Shown in pieces: positions 51,476 to 63,102 of a stretch of DNA of 64,000 bases. The stretch spans positions 96,224,001-96,288,000 of the forward strand of contig NC_043000.1 in NCBI RefSeq assembly GCF_006345805.1. The letters are read 5' to 3'. Under the pieces are notes generated by a model that saw only the letters and a list, made by a program, of their open reading frames with translations, ran no database searches and had not been told where the DNA came from. The DNA comes from Octopus sinensis (taxonomy: Eukaryota). Both the position numbers and the translations under genes were made by a program. Within the stretch, counting starts at the first letter, position 1. Each line of letters begins with the position of its first letter.

Positions 51476-53614
51476 CTGCCAATTAACAAGTTATATCTAA
51501 TAAATAAATAGTAAGAAAAATCCTAAAGTTAATTTTGATGCATTAGCGATGGCCGTTTTTACATTGATTCTTTAATATTCTTGAACGGAGAAAGAAAAAT
51601 GAATACCTAGAGGCAAAATTTAGAAATGCTTTTAAATAAAGGTCTGTCTAAAAAATAAAAAAGCCATTAGGAATGAAGATAATCAAGTCACGTAGTAACA
51701 GAACTAAACAGCCAGAACCCACTACCCCCATCAAAGAAGTTGAAGAAAAGGTAAAAGCAGGATGATGAATTCCTCATGTTCATTATCTAAAAACATATTC
51801 AGGCATCAGCATCATTTTAACATTCACTTTTTCATACTTGCATTGATCAGATGGAGTTTGTTGAGGTGGATTTTCTATAGATATATGTCTTTACTGTCTC
51901 CAACCCTCAATTCTTTCCAAGCAAGATGATATTTCCCCATCACATGTTTTCACAGAACACTGGAAACGAATGATAATGCTTGCATGACAGCGATACTCAT
52001 CTACAATTGTCATGCAATATCAAGACGAGACACAAACACACACACACACATGTACGTACAATGATGGGCTTTTTCAAATTTCTGTCTGCCAAATCCTCTC
52101 ATATGACTTTGGTCAACCTAGGGCTACAGTAGAAGACATTTACCCAAGGTATCGCACAGTGCGAGAGAACCTGAAACCATGTGGCTGGTGTATTCACAAA
52201 ATCCAATTACGCTTCAAACAAACAAAACTAATTTCCATTTGTTCCAGGGCGGGACTTATACAGTTGTACAACACAACACAGCAGACTCACATAGCCAGTC
52301 TATTAAGATGCAAAAGTGAGCCTTTAAATTTAGTTACTGAAACTAGCACAAAGTAAGAATGTGAAACTTTCAATGATACAAACTGTAAAAGTTCCTGTAT
52401 ATTACATATAAGCACTTATTCTTTTGTATGTTTCATTTTTCTATTTAACCCACCTGAGACCAGCTGTGGTCCTATGATATGAACTTGCCACTTAAAAGTG
52501 ATCTAAATTAAAACCTTCCCACAAGGTTTCAATATTACTTTATGTTCCAAACACCAGCTTAATAGAGACAAATATATTTTCAAATTAATTGAAAGCAAGG
52601 CAGTGTATTTCAATAGGAATATGGTAACAAAAAAGTTAATATATTTTTTCAAGTGCCACCCTGCATTTAGTTGGTCAACTGCATTCATAAGGAAATTACT
52701 ATAATAAATATTATTATAAATAATATAACAGTGTTATATTATTCAATAAAACATCATCCCAGAAAAACAGGCCAATAAAACACATTTTTGTTTTTCTGAA
52801 TCAATACAAAAACTCAAAAATCATGCAATTTCAGAAGGTAAAGCTGTTAATCATAAAATAAAAAAGGACATGGGAATGGAAATTTTAATATAACTCTTTC
52901 ATGACTAAATCATATCTACAAAATTAAAATAAGGGTTACAGTTAAGCCTATTTTTTTATAATGTCTTTGGTATAATTTAAGAAAAGTTACATTGAAACTT
53001 GAATCTGTTATTCTAAGTCTGATGGACATTTCAACATCATCATTAATTATTATTATTCAATGTCCATCTTCCATACAGGAATTGGTTAGACTATTTGACA
53101 CAATCCAATGGGTTGGAGAACTGCATCAAACTCCATTGTTTCTATAGCCTTCCTAAAGCTAACTTCTTTATAGAGTGTACTGGGTGCTTTTTCGTGGCAC
53201 TGGCATTAAGGAGCTATAGTTGTTGGTTACTAATAACAAAATATTGCCAAAAACATCAGCGTTTTGAAAGACATTCTTGATAATAAAACAGCCCCATTTT
53301 AATTTAAATTCTTTAACTTTTTGATACATTTTACATAATCAATATGTGAATGTCTAGAAATAAGAATACACATTCCATTTCCATAAAAAGATATTTCTGT
53401 TTATTATTAACAGAAATTTGAAATAAGTTTGTACGCCAATCAACAGCAATATGTATAGATCACATGCATATCTGGAAAATCCTAATTGAAACAAATTATT
53501 CACTGGCAAAATTTCCCCTTTTTGTTTGATATATACTGATGATGGTTACAATCATCCTTATTTTTTTTTTTTAATGTCATATCCTATATATTATAAAACC
53601 ACAATAGAGAAGTA

Positions 53615-53658
<44 letters not shown>

Positions 53659-54146
53659 TGTACTGCTCTATTGTTTTATGAGCTAATGTCTAAGCTGGCT
53701 GTCATACCCATCTTACTATACTGTTGTTTCAGTTACTACAAACATCTCATAACAATCATTTTGTCCAGTCTTGCCATACATTCATATTGTCCAATCATAA
53801 CATTGAATCTTACCACACATTTATATAAAATAGTCTTTTCTTTCTGAAAACACTTGATGTCCACTGTACCTTTCTTATCATTGGATGGAATCATGGGAAA
53901 TTAAGGGTTTCAGAATTAATGACTATTTAGTAAGCAGCAATGAAACAACAACAACAGCAGTTTTAAAGAACAGTAGAGAAGATAAATAAAATGGAAAGTT
54001 AAAAGGGGAAAAAGTATGGGATGAGATAAAATGTTTTAAAAAGAAAAATGCAAATATAGAATAAGCAAAACTAAACAAGAGAGAGAGAGAGAGACAGAGA
54101 AAGAGAGAGGAGCTGACTGAACTGAAACTGAGGAAGCACAACTTAC

Positions 54147-54247
54147 TGTTGAATGGCAGGTGCTGAAGGAGATTTAGGCTGAGGGTCCCGTTTTGTTGGA
54201 GAGCGAGGAGATTTGCGTACACGGAACATCTCTGGAGTGTTAATTTC
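54147..54247 (-). CDS. PHF14: PHF14 exon (SP-rich linker)
   Basis: 101 nt; EINTPEMFRVRKSPRSPTKRDPQPKSPSAPAIQ(H); phases fit both neighbours. Confidence 0.85.
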
Positions 54248-55372
54248 CTATGAATTAATACCAAGGTTTTAGAATGAGACAAGACCAAAGTGAAACATTA
54301 AATAACAAATTATACCAAAGGTCATTCCTCAGACACTCAAAATAAAAGATTATGGATGGACTACTTACAGAATCATAAGAAAATTATTTGGTTTTGATGA
54401 AAGATTTATTTTCTTTAACCCTTTAGTACTCAGATTATTATGTTGAAGGTAATGCTTATTTATTCACATTGTTTTGTATTAACAATGCATTATCTTGTAG
54501 CTTTGAGATTTTGATGCTGTGATAGTTTTATTCTTAGAATGACCTTGTAGGGTATGTAGTAAAGGGTGGATCTGGTCAGTAGAATATTTTGGTCGGATTT
54601 GGCCAGTTTAAATGTTAAAAGGTTAAGGTTAATGCTCAAGTAGTTTATAGGTTAGAAGTCTAAATCCTGCTCAAAACTAATTCAGTTCTCCAGTCTGACA
54701 AGACAGAAATTATTCTACTAGTACATGTTACCTGTCTCCACTTACAATGGAGTTAGTTTCAAGAAGGTCTATGATTTGTGTATTAAAAAAATGTCCAATA
54801 GAACACATACTAATGCTGAAATCTGCAGATTAGCCTAAGTTTCAAGCTGTAATTAAAGCAGTGTTTTTCATAGGGGGTGGTTCTGAGATTTGAAAACCAG
54901 AGAGGACAAACATAAACAATAACAACAACAGCACATTTCTATGCTTATGTGGGTCTGATGGAATTCGTTGAGGCAGATTTTATATGACCAGATGCCAACA
55001 CCCACCTGTTCTTTTGGCTAGACATGTTTTTACGCAAAAACTGGAAATAAATGACACTGCTTGTATGATGGTAACACTCATATACAACTATCATGTGACA
55101 TCAAGACAAAGAGATACAAACACGTGTACACACACACACACACACACAATGAGCTTCTTTTAGTTTCTCTCTACCAAATCCACTCGCAAGGTCTTGGGCA
55201 GCCTGAGGCAATTGTAGAAAGCTCTTCCCCAAGGGACTATGTAGTGGGACTGAACCCAAAATCATGTGGTTGGGAGGCAAGCTTTTTAACCACATAGCCA
55301 TGGTTGTTTTCAAAGAGAGAAAACTATACATTACAAAAATGGTTATTAATGATAGTAAATTTTTATGTTTAC

Positions 55373-55468
55373 CTGTCCTGAAAGATCAGTTAAAATACTC
55401 CAGGTTTCTTCTCCGTTTTGTTGCAGCTTGTGAGTAGAATCTTTCAATCGATTCATTTCATTCACTAA
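55373..55468 (-). CDS. PHF14: PHF14 exon (coiled coil)
   Basis: 96 nt; LVNEMNRLKDSTHKLQQNGEETWSILTDLSGQ. Confidence 0.9.
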
Positions 55469-56749
55469 CTGAAAAAGTTCAAATATAAATACTAGAAACA
55501 GAATCACCCAGACAGCTGAAATCTAAATCATTTTCTCTCATCTACAGATAGAGGTCATATAAAAAAAAAACCCAGTTATTGTTACATGTAAGTCTTAGTA
55601 ATGCCTTATGTATCTAGTTTGGAAACTAAGGGTTTTGAATTCAATTCCCACAAGAATTGAATATCTCTATAAGTAAAAGAAACACCAGCAAAAGAACGAA
55701 AACAAATGAAGTGAATAACCCCTGAGGTGTTAAAAAAACAAAACAAAACAAAAAGCAGTCAATATATTTATACTAAGACATGTAGAAGAAATGGTTATAT
55801 GCTGCACAGGTACAATTAGTGTATTCACAGATACCAAATAAACTGACAAGAGAATAATGATGCTAGTCTACAAACAACTTATTAGAATTCAAATACTGCA
55901 CCATGTCCTGTCTCAGTTCTAAATATTTACACATTAAACTAGAAAGTATGAAGGCACATGTTTCAGTGGTTAGGGCTCACAATCTGTGTTGTGTTTTTGA
56001 GCAAGACACTTTATTTCACATTGCTACAGTTCACTCAGGTGTAGAAATAAGTTGTGACATCACTAGTGCCAAGCTGTATTGGCCCTTGCCTTTCCCTTGG
56101 ATAATATTGGTGGCGTGGAGAGGGGAGGCCGGTATGCATGGGTAGCTGCTGCACTTCCATAAACAACCTTGCCCAGACATGCACCTTGGAGGGGAACTTT
56201 CTAGGCATATCCCATGGTCATTCATGACAGAAGGGAGTCTTTATCCTAAACTAGAGACAACACAAAACAGTGTAATTTACACAATTACAGGTTGTATTCA
56301 GATATTCAGATTACTCACACATCTGGATAGCATTTAAAAAATATTTCAAAGAAAACATGTCTACTTATGATAAATCACTGCTGAATTATCATACATGCAT
56401 AATATAGGGTCCCACATGCTAAAACATTTGTCTGGAGTAATTGATCTGTGACATATGCTTAGTCACCCAAAAAGTCTGCTCCTTCAGTTATCTGCTGTGG
56501 TGATGATGGTGGAAGAATAAAAAAAAAGGAGGCGGAAGCTGAATAAGAAGGAAGAAAAAGATGATGAAGGAGAAATGGTGCAGGGAGAAAAAAAAAAACA
56601 AAGAGGAAAAGTAGCAGGAGGAGAACATCAATAACAAAAGCAGTAGCAATAACAAGGTCCAATTTGTCAATGTTATAATGAATTTATTTTTTTCAAGAGT
56701 CTGCATCTAAGTTTATTAATGCTCTGCTTTCTTACTTGAATTTACTTAC

Positions 56750-56856
56750 CTGATCATATTGGACTCTTAATATTTTTTGTTGTTCTTGAAGTTTACAGTT
56801 CTGAGTTGACAATTCCTTCATGTTAATTCTCATAGTATCTATACGAGCATTTCTAT
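56750..56856 (-). CDS. PHF14: PHF14 exon (coiled coil)
   Basis: 107 nt; RNARIDTMRINMKELSTQNCKLQEQQKILRVQYDQ. Confidence 0.9.
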
Positions 56857-57944
56857 CTATAAAAACGATAAAAAAGATTTTACACTAGTTTGTTATTAAC
56901 TAATAAACAAAAGAAAATTTTTTAATGTACAAGTGTGTTCTAACTGCAAACAACAGTTATTAACCAAATTCTTTCTTCATAAGGCTGTAAAACTTAGCTT
57001 GTGAGGAAATTTAAAAGCAGGGAAGATTTTGCTTTATTCATTAATTGTCTCTCTACATGTTCATCATATGTAAAATGAAACTTTGTCATAAACAATGGGC
57101 TAAATGGTTTTTAAAGGAGGATTGTTGTTCTAATTGTACCAACGAACCTAACTGGAAATTGCTGTTGTATTATAATCAACTCAATTATATTATAATGAGC
57201 AATCTGCAGTACACCCCTCATGCATCATCAATCAATGTTTATGTTTTTTTTTCCACTTCACGTTTGTCATTTTCAGATTCAAACAATCTACTTCATTCCC
57301 TGGTTTCCCAGTCATATGGCAATTTAGGCAACATGTTCTCTAAAGTCTAACCATCATCATTGAAATCATTTCACATCAGCTTTCCATGCTGGTATGAATT
57401 GGATTGGTCATCACAGTCCAAGTTGACTCCCATTGGGAACTATGGGAATATGTCATTTGTCTTAGTTACTGTGGTTGGATGCCCTTTCTAATGCCAACCA
57501 CTATACAGGACTGGGTGCATTTTCTTGTGGTACCAATACTAGAAAGGTTAAGTAGTCCTTGGTGAGACAGGATAGAGGGACCTCAGAGCCCTACACTTTG
57601 TTGGCCATTTAACCAACCACTTCACAGTGTGAACAGAAGATGCCAAGTTTCTAATGTGTATTTTTTAATGCCTTGTCAGGAGAAGAGTCAGAAGAGGGAA
57701 GGCAGTGCTCATGATCGTTTTTTATAGAGCTTTTGTGAGTGGTGAGTGAGAGGAGAGGAAGGGTTACTGCCATAAGAAGCAGCAGATCAAGACATTTAGT
57801 TATCCTGGTCTAAAAGCTCATAACAGAGTTAACCCCACTAAAAGCTCGGAAAGGATAGATGGTGATGTTAAACAATAAATACAAAAAAACAAAGAAAGAA
57901 AGAAAAACCCTTCAAAAGTTGAAATGAAAGATATGCAAACATAC

Positions 57945-58035
57945 CAAGATAATAGCTTATATATTCTAAGGACATGGCTGGTGACAAGTGCCACTTTTTC
58001 CGAGATTCTTGTTTATCTTGAGATACACTTTGGAC
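57945..58035 (-). CDS. PHF14: PHF14 exon
   Basis: 91 nt; VQSVSQDKQESRKKWHLSPAMSLEYISYYL(D). Confidence 0.88.
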
Positions 58036-59083
58036 CTATTAAAAAAAAAAAAAATCAGTTTGATGCTTGTTTTTTGTTATCTTTTTCAAGTTAATGCAGG
58101 ATAGATGGAGATATCTTTTGAGATTGCATTTTATAGCTGGATGCACTTCTTACTATCAGCCTTTAACTCTTTTTCAAGTAAGGTGGACCTCTTCCTCTTT
58201 ATTCCACTAGTCTTCAAAAGTGTCGAGTAATTGGTCATAACGTCAGCAGGGATTGTAAACCTCACATTACTGCTTTACTCACTCAGCAATAATTAACGAT
58301 GTGAAAGGTCAACATCTGCACACACAAACACACACACAAGCAGACAGACACGTGTGTGTGTGTGTGCACACACATAATTTATTGAAACTGAATGTATATT
58401 TTGAGACTAGAGTTTCATGCCATTGCAATCTTCAAGCAAGAATTGTTAACAACTTTTTGTATATACACACACACTCGAGTTTTCATACAATTTTCCCATC
58501 ACCAATTGCATTCATAAGGAAAACGTATTTCATGTGTTCATTTTTACAACTGTTTATCCATGCTAGCATGGTTAGACAAATACACTCTTGGAACATTATT
58601 TTACTATTGGATGCCTTTCCTGTTACTAACTATTACCTATGTTTCAATTCTATTATACATTCTTTGAAGGAGCAAAGCTAGCAGACAAAGAACTGACAGC
58701 AATGTCACTGCTTGTAATTGAGCAATATAAACAGAGAAGGCATATATACATACACACAAGCACACATGTCTATATACAAAGGTGTTTCTTTCAGTTTCTG
58801 TCTATCCACTCATAAGGCTTTAGTAGAAAACATTTAAACCAAGAGAATCTGAAAACGTGGTTGGAAAGCAATATCCCATGACAGTACACAACAAGGCCTG
58901 TGACTATATATATAATTTAAAATTATAATTTAGGGTATCTAAGAGATACCTCCATGCTGGAAATAGCAGTCAAAACTTGACTCTAAAGCCACATATAATT
59001 TTAAATAATTATTACCTTTGACCGGTTTTTATTCCCATGCTGGCCACCTGATAAGATTGGTATTTAAATATCGATCTTATCCT

Positions 59084-59114
<31 letters not shown>

Positions 59115-59162
59115 GTGTATGCATGCACACACACACATTTAGAGAAATGAGATGTAACTGAC

Positions 59163-59257
59163 CTGCGTTATTATTCCCATCAGCTCAGCTTTTCGCAACA
59201 TTTTCTTTACGACAGATGGACTTGATGATAAATGTCTAATTAATTTTTGAGTTGGCA
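59163..59257 (-). CDS. PHF14: PHF14 exon
   Basis: 95 nt; PTQKLIRHLSSSPSVVKKMLRKAELMGIITQ (RKAELMGI conserved). Confidence 0.92.
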
Positions 59258-59784
59258 CTGGTAGAAATGTACAAAAAATGGAATTGAATTAAAGACAACT
59301 ATGCAGAAAAAAAAACAACAACAAAACACTGAATTTAACAGATACTCTTTGAAAATAATAACTTGTAAAATTAACAAGCTGCACACAAATCTGTAGAGTG
59401 AAAATGTTTTTGTAGGAATTCAAAACTTTAATAACACTTCAGATAATCATATATTTTGGATATTGAACAGAAATCATGGACTTGTGGACTCCCTTGCTGT
59501 AGATGATAGATGAAGCTTCAGCAATTTCTTGCTGAACAACTTGCACAGATTTGATTACTGTGATCTAACGTCTCTGCTGTACATTAGCTCATAAAATCAA
59601 CACTGCCTGTACAGGTGCATGGTGTCCCACATGTCTGAACAGAAATAAATTCATAAAATCTCCCATGCTTAAAGCATGCTGTATAATATATATCTCACAG
59701 CAAACTGATATAATAGAAGTATTTTGAATCTAGGTAATGCTGAGTCTTACAACCAAATGTCATTATATGCTATATATATATATA

Positions 59785-60022
59785 TTGGGCTGGTGCACAA
59801 TTATTGCGGCTTTTTTTTCAACAAATTTTATTCGAGAAAAACATTAACTATACTTAATAAAAACATCTTTAAATGATGGTCTGACCGTCTGCCAAGCAAA
59901 TGGGAAGCGGTAATTGAAGTAGATGGTGAATATGCTCCGGAATAATCATTTAAAGATGTTTTTGCTACATGTTGTTATTGCTTTTGTTGAAAAAAAGCCA
60001 CAGTAATTATGCACCAATCCAA
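59785..60022 (+). mobile_element. Mariner-derived MITE
   Basis: TA-flanked TIRs ttgggctggtgcacaattattgcggc and gccacagtaattatgcaccaatccaa; internal transposase C-terminal remnant DRLPSKWEAVIEVDGEYAPE*. Confidence 0.85.
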
Positions 60023-60330
60023 TATATATATCACTGGGAACTTATATAAGATGAGTTTCAGGTAATGCTGAACCTTACAACTGCATGTCATTAAGATTTT
60101 CTCAAGGATATTTCTTCATTGTGATTTTTGTAGAGTAGAGGCAAAATGGCTGACTACATGAGATCAGTTTTATATTTAAGAGATGAGGAATTATGTACTT
60201 TATTTACATTCGACGGATATTGGGAAATTTCAAACCTGGGTTCTCATTCCTAAGCAAAAACATCTTTAAATGATTATTCTGGAGCATATTCACCATCTAC
60301 TTCATTATATATAGGGTATTATATATATAT

Positions 60331-60384
<54 letters not shown>

Positions 60385-60511
60385 TAAATTAGAGATAAAA
60401 CCACTATTAGGCAAATCATACAATGAAAAACTTAAGCCAATACATAAGATTAATTAATTTATATTATTTTAAATATATATCAAAATTATTAAAAAAAGAT
60501 AATGACTATGA

Positions 60512-60574
60512 CACTACGATCATTTCATGGCTGCCCAATTCGTAAAAATTCGAGTTACAGTCAATCTTCAGGTG
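60512..60574 (-). ncRNA. Degenerate minimal hammerhead motif
   Basis: Minus strand: cac CTGAAGA ttgactg...cagccat GAAA tgatcg TA gtg; imperfect stem II, GATC palindromic loop III. Confidence 0.5.
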
Positions 60575-60826
60575 ATTGAAATATTTATCTTAGCGAGGTT
60601 TAACGATTGTAGTGTTATACTCATTATCTTTTTTTAATAATTTTGATATATATTTAAAATAATATAAATTAATTAATCTTATGTATTGGCTTAAGTTTTT
60701 CATTGTATGATTTGCCTAATAGTGGTTTTATCTCTAATTTAATATAATATAATATTTTACTATAAAATTGGATTCAATCCTAAATCTGATTTTTCCCTGT
60801 AAGTTTGGATTTATTCCCTAATATTT

Positions 60827-60872
<46 letters not shown>

Positions 60873-60909
60873 CCTTAAGAATGAGAACCCAGGTTCGAAA
60901 TTTCCCTAA

Positions 60910-60955
60910 GACACCTGAAGAAGGCTGGAGTGTATATCAGCCGAAACTTTGTGTT
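60910..60955 (+). ncRNA. Minimal type I hammerhead motif
   Basis: gacac CTGAAGA a ggctg-gagtgtatat-cagcc GAAA ct TT gtgtt. Confidence 0.65.
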
Positions 60956-61616
60956 AACAACAAACAAAATGAGGACAAATATCCGTCGAATGTAAATAAT
61001 GTACATGAGATCAGTGTCACCATCCTTTCATAAGTACATTTCTATTGAACTACGCTTTGCTTGTTTCAATTTATTTTTGAAAAGAAGTTAACAAAATAAC
61101 TTTATCTTTATTAAGCTAGTGTTTGGAACAAACACTTTAAAAATAGTAGGATTGTATCATAGAACAAGGAACAATCTCAGACAGGTCATTATCAAAAGGG
61201 TTAAGCATGGGCCACACTGGGTAATTGACACTCTCACCCCGTGTTAATGTATGCTGTTAAAAGGGCCCTGAATGAGATATTGAATTTGCGGCTTGAGTTC
61301 AAATCAAACTTCATACATTTCACAATACCTCAAAGCAAGAGCCTCTTTTTCACATGCTTCTATTGAATGTTATCTGCATCAACTAGCATTCAAGATATTT
61401 GCCTCCACCTAAGAAGTACAAAAATTAATCCTTGACTTAAGAACCCTAAAGGTCTGTGAAAAGAGATGAACTTATAAAACATCCTATGATGTCCTTAAGT
61501 TCAACTGATACCCCATTGGTGATAAATGTTGTAATGCATAGCAATAGACACAGGGAAGTGTTAACAGCAGGGGCAGGTTGGTTCCTGTTAATTTAGATGA
61601 TGACTTACAGCCTTAC

Positions 61617-61692
61617 CCCATGATGGTGTACTTCGTGCTTTTGCAAGAAGATACTTCTGACGACGCCTGTTCAGTTTCCTTTGAAATCTAGC
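61617..61692 (-). CDS. PHF14: PHF14 exon
   Basis: 76 nt; ARFQRKLNRRRQKYLLAKARSTPSW(V). Confidence 0.88.
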
Positions 61693-62807
61693 CTGAAAAA
61701 TAAGTTTAAGTATATATATATATAAACATACATATATACACACACATATCAAACAAAGAAGAGAGTAATCACTACTAAAGTTGTAGTAAATATTTAAATA
61801 TATACATGTTCTTGGTAGAAGCAGTCATATTATGTGCATGCATATAAATGGAAAAAATACCAAGATGTTAACAATGCAGAGAAGCTAAAGTACGGAAAAG
61901 TAGAATAACATCTTATTATCATTATTTATGTCTAGCAGAACTGTTAGTGCCTCAGACTAAATATTTTGTAGCATTTCTTCTGCATCATTACATTCTGGGT
62001 TCGAATCCATGTTGAGATCAGCTTTACTTTTCCTGTTTTCAGAGTTGATAAAATAAAGCATCAGTCAAGTACCTGGGTCAATGTAATGAACAACTTCATC
62101 CCTCTAAAATTATTGGCCCTGTGCTATAATTAGAAATAATTATATGTCTACTTTCTAGGTTTTTACATTTTTTAATGTAATTATCCAATATTAAAGAGCC
62201 AGTTTGCAAAATGTCTACAGCTTTCCATCCACCACCATCCTAGCTTAATATCCAGTAGTCCCAACTAATAAGCATAGAGATAACCTAAGCTACCTTAGAC
62301 TACAGCAGTAAAGTGTCTTTTACTGCCACAATATGAGCCCAATTGACAACATTATGGACAGATTTACCTCTCCTGTAGTATTGAGCTTTATAGCTCAAGT
62401 ACTTTGAAATGTCTCTTAACCTGGTAACACATCTCAAAGACAACTTCAGCTGTCTTAAGATTTCTACACTGAATTTCTCCTGCTCTCATAAAGCCATGGT
62501 GAACACATGTAGCATCACTATGATGAGATATGGTTTTCCTGCCATAGTGACCCCTCTAGTATAAATAACTTGATAGCTAATTTTCCCATCATCCTACCAA
62601 AACATTCAAGATTTGGAAGGTTTTCCCAAACTGATATTCCTTTTTCTACCAATCAAACCTATAAATGTTTAATGAAGGGAATTACAGAAGAGCTAAGTAT
62701 TTCCATAATGATATGGGGGTAGCAATTTTAGTTATCTAACTTTTATAGCTTGTATTTGTTACAAATAGGTAAATACACACAAAATTTTTTTTCTTAAATA
62801 TGCCTAC

Positions 62808-62948
62808 TTTTTCTTTTTCATCTTCTATCTCTTTTTCTGAATGCATTTTCACATGTGACTGAATGGCTAGCCAATTGCGTCTCTTTGCTCGAGCTGTTGT
62901 TTTGTCAGCATGCATTTTGCAGTATGCAAAAAATGGATCAGCAATATC
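62808..62948 (-). CDS. PHF14: PHF14 exon (end of extended PHD2)
   Basis: 141 nt; DIADPFFAYCKMHADKTTARAKRRNWLAIQSHVK...EKEK; DIADPFFAYCKxHAD is recognisably PHF14. Confidence 0.92.
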
Positions 62949-63102
62949 CTGAAATAACAAAATAATCAAAAATTGAAGAATTTTTTTCTACTGTGTCATC
63001 ACACACAAGACTGATAATTGAAACATTGATAATTTAAAATATTCTCTCAAGACAAATACTACAGTTTATATATATGTAAATATATATATATATATACACA
63101 CA

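Larger units (their letters stand above)
60165..61006. mobile_element. Penelope-like retroelement remnant with inverted ends, containing a nested second Penelope-like remnant (about 60378-60830)
   Basis: Left arm (60193-60254) is the reverse complement of the right arm (about 60873-61006) minus the hammerhead segment; flanking 14-nt direct repeat tacatgagatcagt (60155-60168, 61002-61015); hammerhead motifs; internal (TA)n. Confidence 0.65.

Noticed and set aside
53536-53680. CTGATGA near 53537 and a 15-bp inverted repeat around (TA)n at 53600-53675
   Set aside because: No GAAA or stem III for a hammerhead; the inverted repeat is too short to classify
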